From Raja brachyura (taxonomy: Eukaryota), in contig OY740801.1 in the NCBI GenBank assembly GCA_963514005.1, positions 33,418,001 to 33,482,000 on the forward strand: a stretch of DNA of 64,000 nt, written 5' to 3'. Below the pieces are notes generated by a model, which did not search any database, had not been told where the DNA came from, and was given only the letters and a program-made list of their open reading frames with translations. The translations under genes were made by a program, and so were the position numbers. Position 1 is the stretch's first letter; each line of letters begins with the position of its first letter. This document shows, piece by piece, positions 39,893 to 52,808 of this stretch.

Positions 39893-40246
39893 TAAACTTT
39901 AGAGATACAACATGGATACTGGCCTCTAGCAATCACCCTGTACGCTAACAATATCCTACACACTAGGAACAATTTGATTGTGGATGATCAGCCATGATTG
40001 AATTAAATGGTGGTGCTGGCTCAAAGGGCCGAATGGCCTACTCCTGCACCTATTGTTTATTGTCTATCATTTACAATTTTACCAAAGCCAATTAACCTAC
40101 AAAACTACGTTTGTGGAGTGTGGGAGGAAACCGGAGCTCCCGGAGAAAATCCACACGGTCACATGGAGAATGTACAAACTCCATACAGGCAGCACCAGTA
40201 GTCGGGATTGAACCTGGGTTTCTGCTGCTGTGTTACCGTGGCACCT
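39893..40246 (-). mobile_element. HE1-type SINE with a small CR1 3' end inserted (~39976-40066)
   Basis: SINE core on the minus strand split by a plus-strand GATTGTGGATGATCAGCC..CTATTGT fragment. Confidence 0.75.
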
Positions 40247-40530
40247 CATTTGTTTTGAGTAACCTGTTAAACAGTTCTAAACTGATAACCTAAAAAAGTT
40301 TTATCTACTAAGGTTGAGATAATCTTGCTGTCATTAATGGTATTTAATCAATGAGCTGTAATCTTTAGGCCTTGCAGAATTAGTGTCAAGCTTGATACAT
40401 AAATTCTATCATGAGGAAGTAAATTGGCCCAAAAGCCAAATTGGCAGGTCAGTAAATGCATGTCTTGTTATGTAGAATAATTTAAATTTTGAATGTACCT
40501 GGCTATTCTGAGAAGTTTTTCTTGTTTCAG

Positions 40531-40809
40531 AAAGTATTGAAGCTCAACGCAGAAGTTATGATTTAGGAATTCAGATCGGTTATCAACGACGTAATAAGGA
40601 TGTGTTAGCTTGGGTAAAAAAGCGGAGACGAACCATTCGAAGAGAAGATTTAATCAGCTTTTTATGCGGAAAAGCGCCACCGCCACGCAATACCAGAGCT
40701 CCCCCTAGACTGACAGTTGTAACCTCTCCCACCAGAGCACCCACAACAGAAACTAGCTCATCTGTAGAGACGGACTTACAGCCTTTCCGTGAAGCCATTG
40801 CACTACATG
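40531..40809 (+). CDS. HAPSTR1: HAPSTR1 coding exon 3 (279 nt)
   Basis: tttttcttgtttcag| acceptor; (E)SIEAQRRSYDLGIQIGYQRRNKDVLAWVKKRRRTIRREDLISFLCGKAPPPR...VETDLQPFREAIALH(G); donor CATG|gtaatt. Confidence 0.96.
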
Positions 40810-43261
40810 GTAATTATACTATTACGTAATAATGTTTGAGGAAAATAAATGCTGATTTCAAAATATCTTTGATATTCACATTACTTCAGCATTATTAGAT
40901 TGATATCTCAATTTTGTCTGTCAAAGATGTTGCTCGTGGTGCGATGAAATGTAGCTTCATTGTAATATGTAGCTTCATTATAATTTAATTAATGACAATA
41001 TTCAAGTGAAATTGAAACATTTCAAGTGCATTTGATGTTTGCTCATGTTTGATAGCACACAGAATTGTCTGCTTGATTTTTGGTAATCTATTAAGGTTCT
41101 GTGAAATGCTTTATCATTGCAGATTTAACACCATTTAGACCCATAAAACACCATCTGAGCTGCTTCTTGGTAACAGTTGAGTTATGTTTTGCTAAACATT
41201 TGGAGTTGTATAAATCATTTAATCTTTATAAAAATATTTTTACTTCGGCCATTTCAATTTGAGTTCCAGCACTGAATATTCAAGATACTGTGACTTTTTC
41301 TTTTGGCGTGGAAGAGGGGCGATTGAAAATATCAAGTGTATTTTTAAAGCTTATGTTTTAATGCCTATTTGTCCATTCTAGTGCTATTAATATCACATGA
41401 CAATCCCATGACAGGCATTGTTAGTGTGTCATTACTTTAAACCGGTCAAAAGGTCTTTGCTGTAGAATTTACAAAAGTTTTATACTTTGTCACTGAATGT
41501 ATTGTTGCATGTCTTTTTGGAATATGTCGTAAACAATTTTGTCAAGCACTCCATTGGAAATTTTTTGACAATGTCGAACATCCTTTGGAATTCCATGTCT
41601 GGAAGTATTAGCGTAGTTTTGATGTGTCTGAAAACTTTTACAAGCACGGGTTGGTCAGTGCACTGTGCCCTTTTTACCAATTTCAGTTGTCACTAGCTTG
41701 TAGCAGAATTATCACCTCCATTTGATCATTACTTAACTGCCTCAATGCTGATGAATATTTTAACTGCTCTATCTGCACCCCACCCACAATCCTTGGTGTT
41801 TTTAAATTTTAATTATTTGTTATTTCTTTCCGAGCCTTAATTTCCTGTTTTCCTTTTGCCTTTTACCACTTCTGACCTCTGCCCATTCATGTGGGTTCAT
41901 TCAAATTTTAGAAGAGATGGCCAGGCGTAAAGTGTGGCATTAAGCTTATTAAATAAGTCTGCAAGGGAGGGAAGACATCAGCAGATTGTAACGGTTGGAG
42001 AAAAACTGTTAACTGTTGGAGAAAAAATAGCACAACAGTTGGTGATGTTTGAGAGTTATTTTCTAGCTAACTTGTAGATTGAAACCATTGATTGAACCTG
42101 AAATGAGAGTGCTATTTAGCCATGCAGTAGTGTGGCCTATCCAGTTTCTGTGTGGTTTCATAATCTGGATTGATGCTAGTTATCTTGCATCTCTTGATGC
42201 TGTGTAATTCTGCTGACAGAACCTTAAAGTTGTTTATTAATTCATTATGGCAAGTTTGAGTGAAAAAAAAACGTGAACAACGATCAGTCTGATTGTAATT
42301 GGAGAAATTGTCATTGTTAGAGGTATTGTGGAAAAGAGAAAAGTTGTTTGACAAGTTTAAGGTCACAAAACAATTTCAGATTAAATAGTTTAATTTAAAT
42401 AATATTGGTCATATTTTGGGGGATTTGGGATTTATTGTATTGTTACCTGAAGGATATTGAATTGGATTGCAAATTATTTGACAGGAGTAAGATTTTAATA
42501 CAGATCTACTGCTGATTTTCTTTCCCCCCCCTGAAACCTTTAATTCCAGAGCCTTTCTGGATTTTGCCAGACCAACTGAGGTTGCAGCCTCCGAGGAGTA
42601 GAACGGTCCGACTAGGTTGCCCAGAGACTAAGATACTGGCCAGCAAAGTCAGCATTGGAAGTCGGCTATGGGAACAAATCTGCTGGCTGTGCTGGAGTTC
42701 CAGAAATCCCGTCCAGAGAGGCAAATTTGACCCACTGATCGGCTATGGGAACGGATATGCTGGCCCCGATCGCTGGTGGCAAATTTGACGTGCCAATAGG
42801 CTGCAGAAGTTGTCTACGGGAATGTATCTACTATGTCCAGCCAAGCTGGTGTTCCAGAGGCCCGGCAGTAGGTGGTAAATTTGACTCGCAGATCACTGTG
42901 GAAATCTCAATGAGGTTGAGATGGGCTGTGTCATCTGGTCAAGGCTCCACATTTTCAGGAGTGCTATGGTAATTCTGTGCCTTTACTGGAAATTGGTGGT
43001 GAGCCTGCACTATTTGCAATTTTTATAAAACAAATTCCCGCTTTGTCATGTTGGTACTTGAGTTTGCAAGAATGAGATTGTATTGAGTTTAGTGTATTTG
43101 GAAAGTGTCAAGTTTTGACAAGTTTTATTTTTTTGAGGAAATGGTTGTATTTCATGTTGCTTTTCAAGACTTGTGAACAGCTAACTTAACACTTAAAATC
43201 AGGAATTTAGTGTGTGCCCATTTTTGTGGGAATCCAGATTTGATTTGAGTATAGGAGCAGG

Positions 43262-43865
43262 GAGGTTCTACTGCAGTAGTTACAGGGCCTTGGTGAGACC
43301 ACACCTGGAGTATTACGTACAGTTTTGGTCTTCTAATCTGAGGAAAGACATTCTTGCTATAGAGGGAGTACATAGAAGGTTCACCAGACTGATCCTGGGA
43401 TGGCAGGACTTTCATATGAAGAAAGACTGGATAGACTCGGCTTATTCTCGCTAGAATTTAGAAGATTGAGGGGGGAATCTGATAGAAACGTACAAAATTC
43501 TTAAGGGGTTGGACAGGCTAGAAGATTGCAGGAAGATTGTTCCCGATGTTGGGGAAGTCCAGAACAAGAGGTCACAGTTTAAGGATAAGGGGGAAGTCTT
43601 TTAGAACCAAGATGATTTTTTTTTTTCACACAGACAGTGGTGAATCTGTGGAATTCTCTGCCACAGAAAGTAGTTGAGGCCAGTTCATTGGCTATATTTA
43701 AGAGGGAGTTAGATGTGGCCCTTGTGGCTAAAGGGATCAGGGGGTATGGAGAGAAGGCAGGTACAGGGTACTGAGTTGGATGATCAGCCATGATCATATT
43801 GAATGGCGGTGCAGGCTCGAAGGGCCGAATGGCCTACTCCTGCACCTGTTTTCTATGTTTCTATT
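43262..43865 (+). mobile_element. HER1-like CR1 3' fragment in intron 3
   Basis: [17 protein letters not shown]..; 3' UTR and CTATGTTT tail. Confidence 0.9.
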
Positions 43866-45399
43866 TGCTCCTGATGAATGATCGATACCCATAGGTGCTG
43901 GCCATGACCTACATGTACAACTGTTTTAATTGAGCACTGAACATTAAGGTGCACATGACATCCTAAATTACCCCGTTCAACATCAAGTTCAAAATCAAGA
44001 GTGGTCCCGACCTGAAATGTCGTCTGTCCATTTCCTTCCCCACATGCTGCCCGGCCAGCTAATTTCCTCCAGTGGATTATTTTTTCCATCTATTGTCTCT
44101 TGTGTGTCCATTTATTTCACTGGATTAGCGCAGTGGAGATATGTTTTATCCTATTTATGTATGCTCCAACCAGTTCAATAAAATCCCATCTCTAGGTGTT
44201 AATGAACTCGATTTTTATGTGGCTCCATCTAACATTTAGTCATAAATGTCTCAATTCAAAATGCCACCTCTGGTCCGGTTGGTTGATAAAAGCTTCCACC
44301 ATTAACATTGGGAAGGATCTGTGAGCCTATTCATTTCTGTGGGTGCTAAAGGACTATAGAGAGGAATGTGGTAATTGTACCAATAGTAATTTAAGTTCTA
44401 GTTTTAAATGTCTGGTTATTCAATTTTTAAGAAGTATTGATAGACTGATGCTGGGAGGGAGTGTTGGGTGGGTATGGAGGCATGTTTTTATCGTCTGAGC
44501 TTTTAAGGAGTTTTACAGGTAATGTATTTTTGCCTTCCTGTGTCATTATAGCATTTGAGACTCGGACCATTTCAGCCATCTAGATCCAATATGGGCCGTG
44601 GGTCTAACCAAGAATATTCACGAGATTTTGTTTTATTGAAGCCGATGGATTCTCTGGTGCCTTGCTGAGCTGATACTAAAGGCATTCTGCTAAGTTCAAC
44701 AAGCCATTTAATGCTAGCGGCCAATTTGCAATAGCAACAAAGGTTGTTAGTACATTCCCATCATTTTGCAATTTCTCCCTTTTCTGCACAGTACATGAGA
44801 CAGTGGTAATAATTATCTGTGTTCTATTTAAGATGAAAATCTGTAGACTAGATATTATGGCTGCCCTAATTAAATACAGTGATGTATTTAAAATGAAGGA
44901 TCCTTTTGAGCAGCATTATCTCCAGCGTCCAATGCTGGAAGTGTAATTTCCAAATCAAGAATGCAAATAAAATGTACTTCTTTTAAATATTTTCCTTTAT
45001 CTTCTGAAAACACTTTTGTAAGTAGTCTTTCAGTGGATTATTTTTGGCTATTACAGTTTACTTGTGGTTATTTAAGCTTGGAAATTGATCATATATTTAT
45101 CGCGACACAGCTTGTCGAGCAGCTGCCTTTTTATCCTGACCCCTGGTGCTCTCTGCGTAGAGTTTTTTACATTCTCCATGTCCATGTGTGTCTCCTCCCA
45201 CATTCTAAATGCATAGGATTGGTCGTTAATTGGCTGCTGCAGGTTGCCCCTAGTGATAGACTGTATTAGTGTAAATGAGTGGTTTGTCAGAGCATTCATT
45301 TGGAGGAAGGGCCTGTTTCCAGGGTATGTATCTATGACTCTTATCATGTGGCATCGAATTAGGATCAAGGTTGAAAATTGGACGTTAATTTTATTTTGG

Positions 45400-48300
45400 A
45401 GTCACGTGAGTGACTTCGTGAGGACCCCGCCAGCACATATGCGCGACATATCGTCGACCGCATGCGAAGCGACAGGCAGGGAGGAGGGTCGCTTCGGACC
45501 TGCAGGTAAGGTTTTTTCTTTCAGGGACTCTGTGGGACAGAGTACCCCACCAGCGGGCCGCCTCGAGAGACTGACTGCGGACCGCGGGCAGTCAGCGGCG
45601 GCAGAACTCTCACAGAAGTCGGGCAGCCCATTGACCCAGCAGGATCCGGGCTCACAGACTCGCCGTTCACAGGCAGAGCGGCAGCCCCGACTTAACACTG
45701 CAGCTCGCAGGATCACCGCGGATTGACGGCAATGCTATCCGGAAGTCGGGAGTTCCGAGACAGAGCCGGGGCCCCCGACTCAAACATGGGCGGCACAACG
45801 CCTGGAAGTGGGCATCCGTTGACCCGGCTGGGTTCGGGCTCACAGACTTGCTGTTTGGGGCAGTCTATGTTCCTGCATGAGCAGGTGGGGAGCACTACCT
45901 CCAACGTGATACACTCCAGCAGGAGTCTGGTCACCATTGATCTCCGAGCAGAGCCATGGCAGTACCCTTTACAGGGCTGCCAAATGCTCACCCTCTTCGC
46001 AGGGGAGCATAAGGAGTCAGGCCTATGATGACTCTGAAGGGGGGGAATCGCATTACGCAACGTCTGGCTGGACCTACCTCCACCAGGGGCCAAACCTGAC
46101 GGAAATATGACCAACAGGTAAGTTGTACTAACCTTGTTGTTGGTTGGGTTTCTGTATTGTTTAAATCCCTTACAGAAACTTCGTTAAGCAGAAAAGGAGC
46201 AAAAAGAAGGCTGCTTCAAGCATGCCATTGAAGACCGCGGGACTTCGGTGCGAGGTCGGCGGCCAACATTACCAGAGCTGACCGTTGATTTCCGGCAGCA
46301 CCCGTACCTCGGGCTGGGAAGACAGCACAGAAGTCGGGGAGCCCCGCTCGGTCGGGACCCGACTCTCCACCGCAGCAGTCCAGGGAGCTGCATACTGGCG
46401 GTAGGACTGCCCGGGATCAGAGTAGTTAAGACCCCGACTCCCCTCCGCTTTCAGTCTGTACGAAAACAGACCAGCAGCAAAAAAGTGCTGAAGATGGGGC
46501 CCGGTTAAGGGACACCCCGACTCACCACCACATCAGTTCACTGTTGGAGCGGCTGGCATCGACTCTCCACTGCTTCAGTTCGATAGATTGTGGACCAGTG
46601 GCAAAACCACACAAAAGTTGTGTACCCCCGCAGGAGCGGCTGGCACCGACTTTGCGTCGCATCAGTCCCGAAGACACTGGACTGGCGGCAAGCCTGCGCG
46701 GGAGTCGTGTAGCCACGTAGGAGCGGCTGGCACTGACTACCAACCTCAGTCCCATAGACATCACCTCGACGAAGTGCGGACTGTCGGTAGAGGCCCCATT
46801 TGTTCATCAGAACTTGGGGAAGACGACTTGCCGTCCGCAGATAGCGGCGGCGGTCGCATAACTCGAATGGAACGCATGGTTGAGCAGCTGCTCGAAAGAG
46901 ACCTACTCCATCAGGAGCGTGCGTCCCTAGGATCCCGAAGATCCATGGCAGGGCCCATGACAGGCTGTCCAACATCTCTCCCTCCTCAGTAGGGAGCGCC
47001 AGAAGTCAGGCACTAGCTGACTTCGAAGAGGGGTTGGCTGAAGACCTGCAGTTGCAAGGGATGCAAGAAGGGCAACCTCTTCAGCCAAGGCTAGCGGCAA
47101 GCATAAACTACCTGACAACACACCAATTACAACAACAGGTAAGTTCGGAGACCATAAGCAAATACATGGCCCGGAAAATTGCGTGTCGCTGAACGTCCAT
47201 ACCATGAACACACCCATATGGGGAAACATCAGCCCTTGGATAAGGTCACAGGGAAAAATTTAAAAAATCCTGAAACAACTGACCTCAGGCATCGCTGTGT
47301 TTGCCAGGTCAGTCGACGGTATGGACATGACGGAAGAGCAGCAGGATGCATCCATGAAGAGTATGCTCTGCAATACCCAATATGAGTTCAATTGCTTCGG
47401 AAAAGCTCTATCCGTCCTACACTCAACCCCAAAAATTGCGGGTTTGTGAAAGGCCACCGCTACGCCACCACCAGGACAGTTGTTTGGTGATGACCTGCCC
47501 AAACAGGTGAAAGACCTAGACGAGGAAGTTAAAGCGGTAGGTTTGATAAAACAGCCTTCCTCTGGCAGACCTCCAGCGTATCGTCGGCAGCATCCATATG
47601 CAACAGCTAACAGGCCCGTGTTCAACCCGATAGAGTGACTGGAACAAACCCAAAGGTCGCGCCTTATCATCAGAGGCCTGTTTAAGCCAAGGCCCACAAA
47701 GACCAGCCTGAAAAATGCATCAACCCCACACCCCAGCACCACAGCAACCCAAGAAAGGACAGAAACATGTCCGTCTACAGATAGACGGTACCACAGTGTT
47801 GGCATATTAAACCATATGGGTGGTATCACGTCGATATATTGGGATGAATTGGCAAACATAATTTGGCACTGGTGCATTGAAATATTTGGATATCAGCTAC
47901 ATACCTTCCAGGTAAGCTTAATACAGTGGCGGACACCAGGTCACGAGTGTTCATTGACAACAGCAAGTGGATGTTGAACCCCCAAATATTTGCTATTATT
48001 ATAGCTAAGTATGGAACACCAGATATCGACCTCATTGCATCCAGGTTGAACCATCAGATACCAACATATGTCTCGTGGGATCTAGATCCTGGGGCAGTAG
48101 CGATAGATTGGGGGAAATTGTTCTTCTATGCAATTCCCCCCTTTCTGCCTCATCAGTCGGGTATTGCGGTAAATCCAGCTAGATTCTGCATCAGGGATTC
48201 TGATAATACCCGTCTGCTCCACAAAGCCATGGTTCCCTGTGGTCCTCGACATGGTGAAGAAACCATGGGTGCAGATTCCTAAATGCCCAAACCTACTGAT

Positions 48301-50150
48301 ACATCCCATATCAGGGGAGAATCATCCGTGCCGTGGTCATCTGAACCTGTTGGCTTGCAGGTTCTGAAGAGACCTTTGCTGGAATTCGGGCTGTTGAACA
48401 GGGCCATGGATATCGTCACGGCATCGTGCAGAGAGTCCACGAGGGAGCAGTACCTTACCCATATACGGAAATGGGAGGCCTTCTGTTCCAGGACTAATAT
48501 CACCTACGGCTCTGCCACCATCACAGATGTGCTGGAATTCTTCGCGCGCCTTCACTATGATGAGGGCCTCAGTTAATAGTGCCAACAATAATGCCAGAAG
48601 CGCATTGTCATCCTACCTCACTATCGGAGTAGGATCCCATCAGTTGGTGTCGGAACTCATGAGGGGTATTTCAATTCTTGCCCTCGTAGACCAAGATACA
48701 ATATGACCTGTGATATTGGGGTAGTTTTGTCCGTACTCAGGAGTTGGTCACCAGTTTCGGAACTTCCACTGGCCAAACGCACCTAAAATGTGGTCATGCT
48801 AATGGCACTTATACAGCTCAGCGGGTCCAGACCCTCCACAAACTAAACTGGCCAGGATGGTCTCAACCCCTACCAAGGTATCCTTTTTCATTGATGAATT
48901 ACTTAAACACCATAGACCTGGTACAACCGGTCTTAAATTGGAATTCCATGCATATCCCATTGATGTATAGCCACTTATCTCCGACATTATATTAATGTCA
49001 CACAAAATATAAGGAGAATGGATACAGGTCTATTCATCAGTTTTTAAAGCCTACATCACAGGGTAACTGTGCAGACAATTCCAGGTGGCTCAGGGTGGTG
49101 TTGGATGCAGCAGGGGTAGACACTGATATTCCAATCTCATTCTACCAGGGCTGCGTCCACATCAGCGGCGAGGACCATTGAACTGAATATCTTTATTGTC
49201 ATTCAGACCTTTCGGTCTGAACGAAATTTCGTGCCTGCAGTCATACATATATAAAAATAACAATACAATACCATACAATAAACACAAAATTAACATCCAC
49301 CACAGTGAGTTCACCAAACACCTCCTCACTGTGGTGGAAGGCAAAAGTCTTAGGGTCTCTGTCTTTTCTCCCCTCCTTATTCTCCCTCTGCGCTGAGGGG
49401 ATCCAGGCCGCCGCCACCGCTAACGCCGGAACACCGCCACAAGGCCCGCCGCCGGAACGTCGCTGGAGCACCGCAGTTCCCGAAAGCCAGGCCGCCGCTG
49501 GAGCACCGCAGCTCCCGAAAGCCAGGCCGCCGCTGGAGCACCGCAGCTCAGAGGGAGCCAGGCTGCAGCTGGAGCACCGCAGCTCCCGACACCCAGGCCG
49601 CCGCTGGAGCACCGCAGCTCCCGAAGCCCAGGCCGCCGCCGGAAGCCAGGCCGCCGCTGAAGCTCCGAAGGCCGTGCCGCCGCCGCTGGAAGGCCTTTAC
49701 CAGGGCCTCAGCACAGACGGAGACGGTGTCGGGGGACACGACAGGAAAAGTCGCATCCCCCCGAAGGGAGAGACTAAAACCCCGTTTCTCCCACCCTCCC
49801 CCCCCCCCCCACACACACATACACAGCCCGACAAACAAAAAATAAACACCAAAAACAGGGACGAGGACAAAAATAAAATAAAAGACAGACGGACTGCAGG
49901 TGAGCCGCAGCTGACAAGCAGCGCCGCCACTCCGGAGGTACCCATGGACCATGTCCTCGCAACAGCGGGCCTGGCCAATGGAGACACGTCTCAACGGTTT
50001 TATAACAATCCTGTGGCCACTCTTGCGGTGTTTGCAGATACTGTTTTAAGTTCTGTTCCCTGAACGGTTCCTGTTTTTTTTTGTATTAATGAATACATTA
50101 TTGTTTTTCAGCTCTGTTACAAGTTAACACACTTCCACCATCAGTTATTA
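45400..50150 (+). mobile_element. DIRS1-like tyrosine-recombinase retrotransposon, degenerate, RT deleted
   Basis: Frameshifted ORF1/gag-like segment (..GQLFGDDLPKQVKDL..); RNase H C-terminal half (HVRLQIDGTTVLAY..NHMGG..LPGKLNTVADTRSR); DIRS methyltransferase-like motif (GTPDIDLIASRLNHQ..YAIPPF); YR (STREQYLTHIRKWEAFC, AQRVQTL, HSTRAASTS, AGL..RFY). Confidence 0.9.
49177..49934 (-). mobile_element. Composite non-autonomous retroposon with 35-bp VNTR, inserted in the DIRS recombinase
   Basis: Splits the YR reading frame between HSTRAASTSAART and EVPMDHVLATAG; minus-strand 3' end is a stem-loop + TGACAATAAA + short repeats; internal CCAGGCCGCCGCTGGAGCACCGCAGCTCCCGAAAG repeats. Confidence 0.8.
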
Positions 50151-50755
50151 CGGCAGTTATTAACATTCACACAATAATTCACAATATAACATGAGTTTTA
50201 AATCTGTCATTAATTTATATGCCAAATTGAAGGAATTTAGTGTTTAATGCCCTTAAATTAACGGGCATTTTAAACCGCTTGCGAGTGGGATTTTCTGGAA
50301 CGCAATGGTTTGGAACATTGCGGTTGCGGTGAATTTAAACCCAATATCGGCAGGAAAAATTCTGCCGGTTCGTATGGGGACGAAATCACCGTTTCGCAAC
50401 ATTAAAGTTTGATGAAGGTAATCTAAAAAAGCAGGTTTATATGTAAAAATAAACAGCTTTCACTTACCTGTCCCCTACGTAAAATCGGTCCCCGTTGTCA
50501 GTGTTCACGGCATTAGGAGCTAATTTTTATTTTACTCCAGCGCTGAAATAGTCGGGCTATTTATAAAAAAAATTAACTTACCGGCAGTCGGAACGAATCT
50601 CCAGAAATAGATCGCACTCCAACAAAAGAAAGCTCCGGATGGCAAGGGAAAACCCACATTTTAACCCCGCCCCGCCCCCTTAAAGGTGCCAAAGTCGCGC
50701 ACACGGCCAGTGACAGAACTGCAGCACCGCTCAAGGTAAGTTTGTAACATACCTA
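50150..50755. mobile_element. Unclassified DNA-transposon-like fragment (Kolobok/Crypton-like end)
   Basis: CpG-retaining non-coding block replacing the DIRS right end, terminating ..GTAACATACCTAT; only one end visible. Confidence 0.35.
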
Positions 50756-50759
50756 TATT

Positions 50760-52200
50760 ATGTGACTCAATTACCTCCTCTCCCACTTGTCCATATACCC
50801 ACTGCCCTATGTGTGAAAAAGCTCCGCCTCGGGGTCCTATTAAATATTTCCATGTTAAATGTTACCATAAACCTATGTCCCCTAGTTCTTGATTCCCCTA
50901 CTCTGGGATAAAGACTCTGTATTTATCTTAACTATTCCCTTTATGATCTTATAAACCTTTATGAGATCACCCCCCCATCCTCCTGTTCTCCAAGGAATAA
51001 AGTCCTAGCCTGCCTAACCTCTCCCTATAGCTCAGACCCTCAAGTCCTGGCAGCATCCTCGTAAATCTTCTCTGCACTCATTCCAGCTTAACCCTGCTAT
51101 AAGAAGGCTGTTGTTATCAAAATTGAACACAATACTCCAAATGCGGCCTCACTAATGTCTTGTACAACTGTAACATAACATCCCAACTTCTATACGCAAT
51201 ACCCTGACTGGTGAAGGATAATGTACTAAAAGCCTTCTTTCCCACTCTATCTACTATGATGCCACTTTCAGGGAACTATGTACCTGTACTCCTGAGAATG
51301 GAGCAGCTGGACTTGTACACTCTGGAGTTTAGAAGGATGAGAGGGGATCTCATTGAAACATATGATTGTTAAAGGCTTGAACACGTTAGAGGCAGGAAAC
51401 ATGTTACCGATATTGGGGGAGTCCAGAACCAGGGGCCACAGTTTAAGAATAAGGAGTAAGCCATTTAGAATGGAGACGAGGAAACACTTTTTCTCACAGA
51501 GAGTGGTGAGTCTGTGGAATTCTCTGCCTCAGAGGGCGGAGGAGGCAGGTTCTCTGGATGCTTTCAAGAGAGAGCTAGATAGGGCTCTTAAAAATAGAGG
51601 AGTCAGGGGATATGGGGAGAAGGCAGGAACGGGGTACTGATTGGGGATGATCAGCCATGATCACATTGAATGGTGGTGCTGGCTTGAAGGGCCAAATGGC
51701 CTACTCCTGCACCTATTGTCCTTGATCCCTCTGCTTTATAACACACCAGGTATCTGCCATTCACTGTGAAGGTCCTACCCTGGTTTCACATCCCAAAATG
51801 CAACACCTCACACTTAACTACATCAAATTCCATTAGCCATTCCTCAGCTCACCTGGCCAACTGATGCAGATCCTGCTGTAATTTTTGATACTACAATGCA
51901 CCCACTTTCTTGTCATCTGCAAATTGAAATCATTGATATAAACCGCAAACTAATGGTTCCAGCACTGATCCCTGAGGCACAACACTAGTCACAAGCTTCC
52001 AGTCCGAAAAACAACCTTCCACCTTCAGCATCTGCTTGCTTCCAAGAGCCCAATTCTCTATCCAGTTGTCTAACTCTCTCTGGATCCCCAGCGATCTAAA
52101 CGTCCAGAGCAGCCTACCATACGGAACCTAATCAGATGCCTTGCTGAATTCCACATAGAAAACGTCTGTGGCTTTGCCCTTGTAACCTTTTTGGTTATTT
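50760..52200 (-). mobile_element. CR1 LINE fragment interrupted by an opposite-strand CR1 3' end at ~51294-51720
   Basis: Minus-strand [11 protein letters not shown] and VPQGSVL homology; plus-strand insert encodes ..RTRGHSLRIRSKPF.. Confidence 0.8.
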
Positions 52201-52808
52201 CAAAAGATATCAAATAACAACAACCGGCTAAGAGAATGCTGCCCTTAAAAGGGACCACAGTGCAGGGACATCGTGCAATAGAAATACAACTGCATGACGT
52301 CACCTGAATATTGCAGGGCTCATGGCCACACATCTTAGTGACCATATTTTGGCCTTATTGATGTAACGGTTTAGGTTTGTGTTTATTATTGTAGATGTAC
52401 TAGAATAACACATGGGGCTTTGAATTATAAAAGGCCTCATAGAGTTATTTTCAGGTTATTTGAGGTGTTGGGAAATGACCTGACATTTTAATTTCGTCAG
52501 CGGTAACTGGGAAGATGGATAGAAGTTATTTTTTCCAGTTGTGAATTTTAACAAAAGTCTGATCTTTGGCAGTGGTTAAAAATTACTTTGATGTGCAGAG
52601 GGTAGAAATGCGTTTGCCATGGTAACTGGTGCTTAATTATAAATCTGAGTGAGTTAAAGGTGTTTAGAGGACATGGGAGTGATGAATGACAACAGAGACA
52701 TCTACGTCTCCTCGTAAATAAAGTAATTATGGGAGCAAATGCACAATTGGCTTTTGTTGCAAGAGAACAAAGTGAGGAATCCATGCAGCAACCTCTGGGC
52801 ACTAGTAA

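Noticed and set aside
47926-48576. Phage-like integrase and adenine methyltransferase motifs suggesting bacterial or phage DNA
   Set aside because: Both are normal domains of DIRS1 retrotransposons, and the context is a vertebrate intron.
49195-49240. Hammerhead ribozyme in the retroposon tail (CTGAATGA, GAAA)
   Set aside because: Box order and stems do not fit; better explained as a LINE-type 3' stem-loop.
49305-50063. 252-aa ORF
   Set aside because: Chance fusion of the antisense VNTR of the inserted retroposon with the last ~42 codons of the DIRS recombinase.
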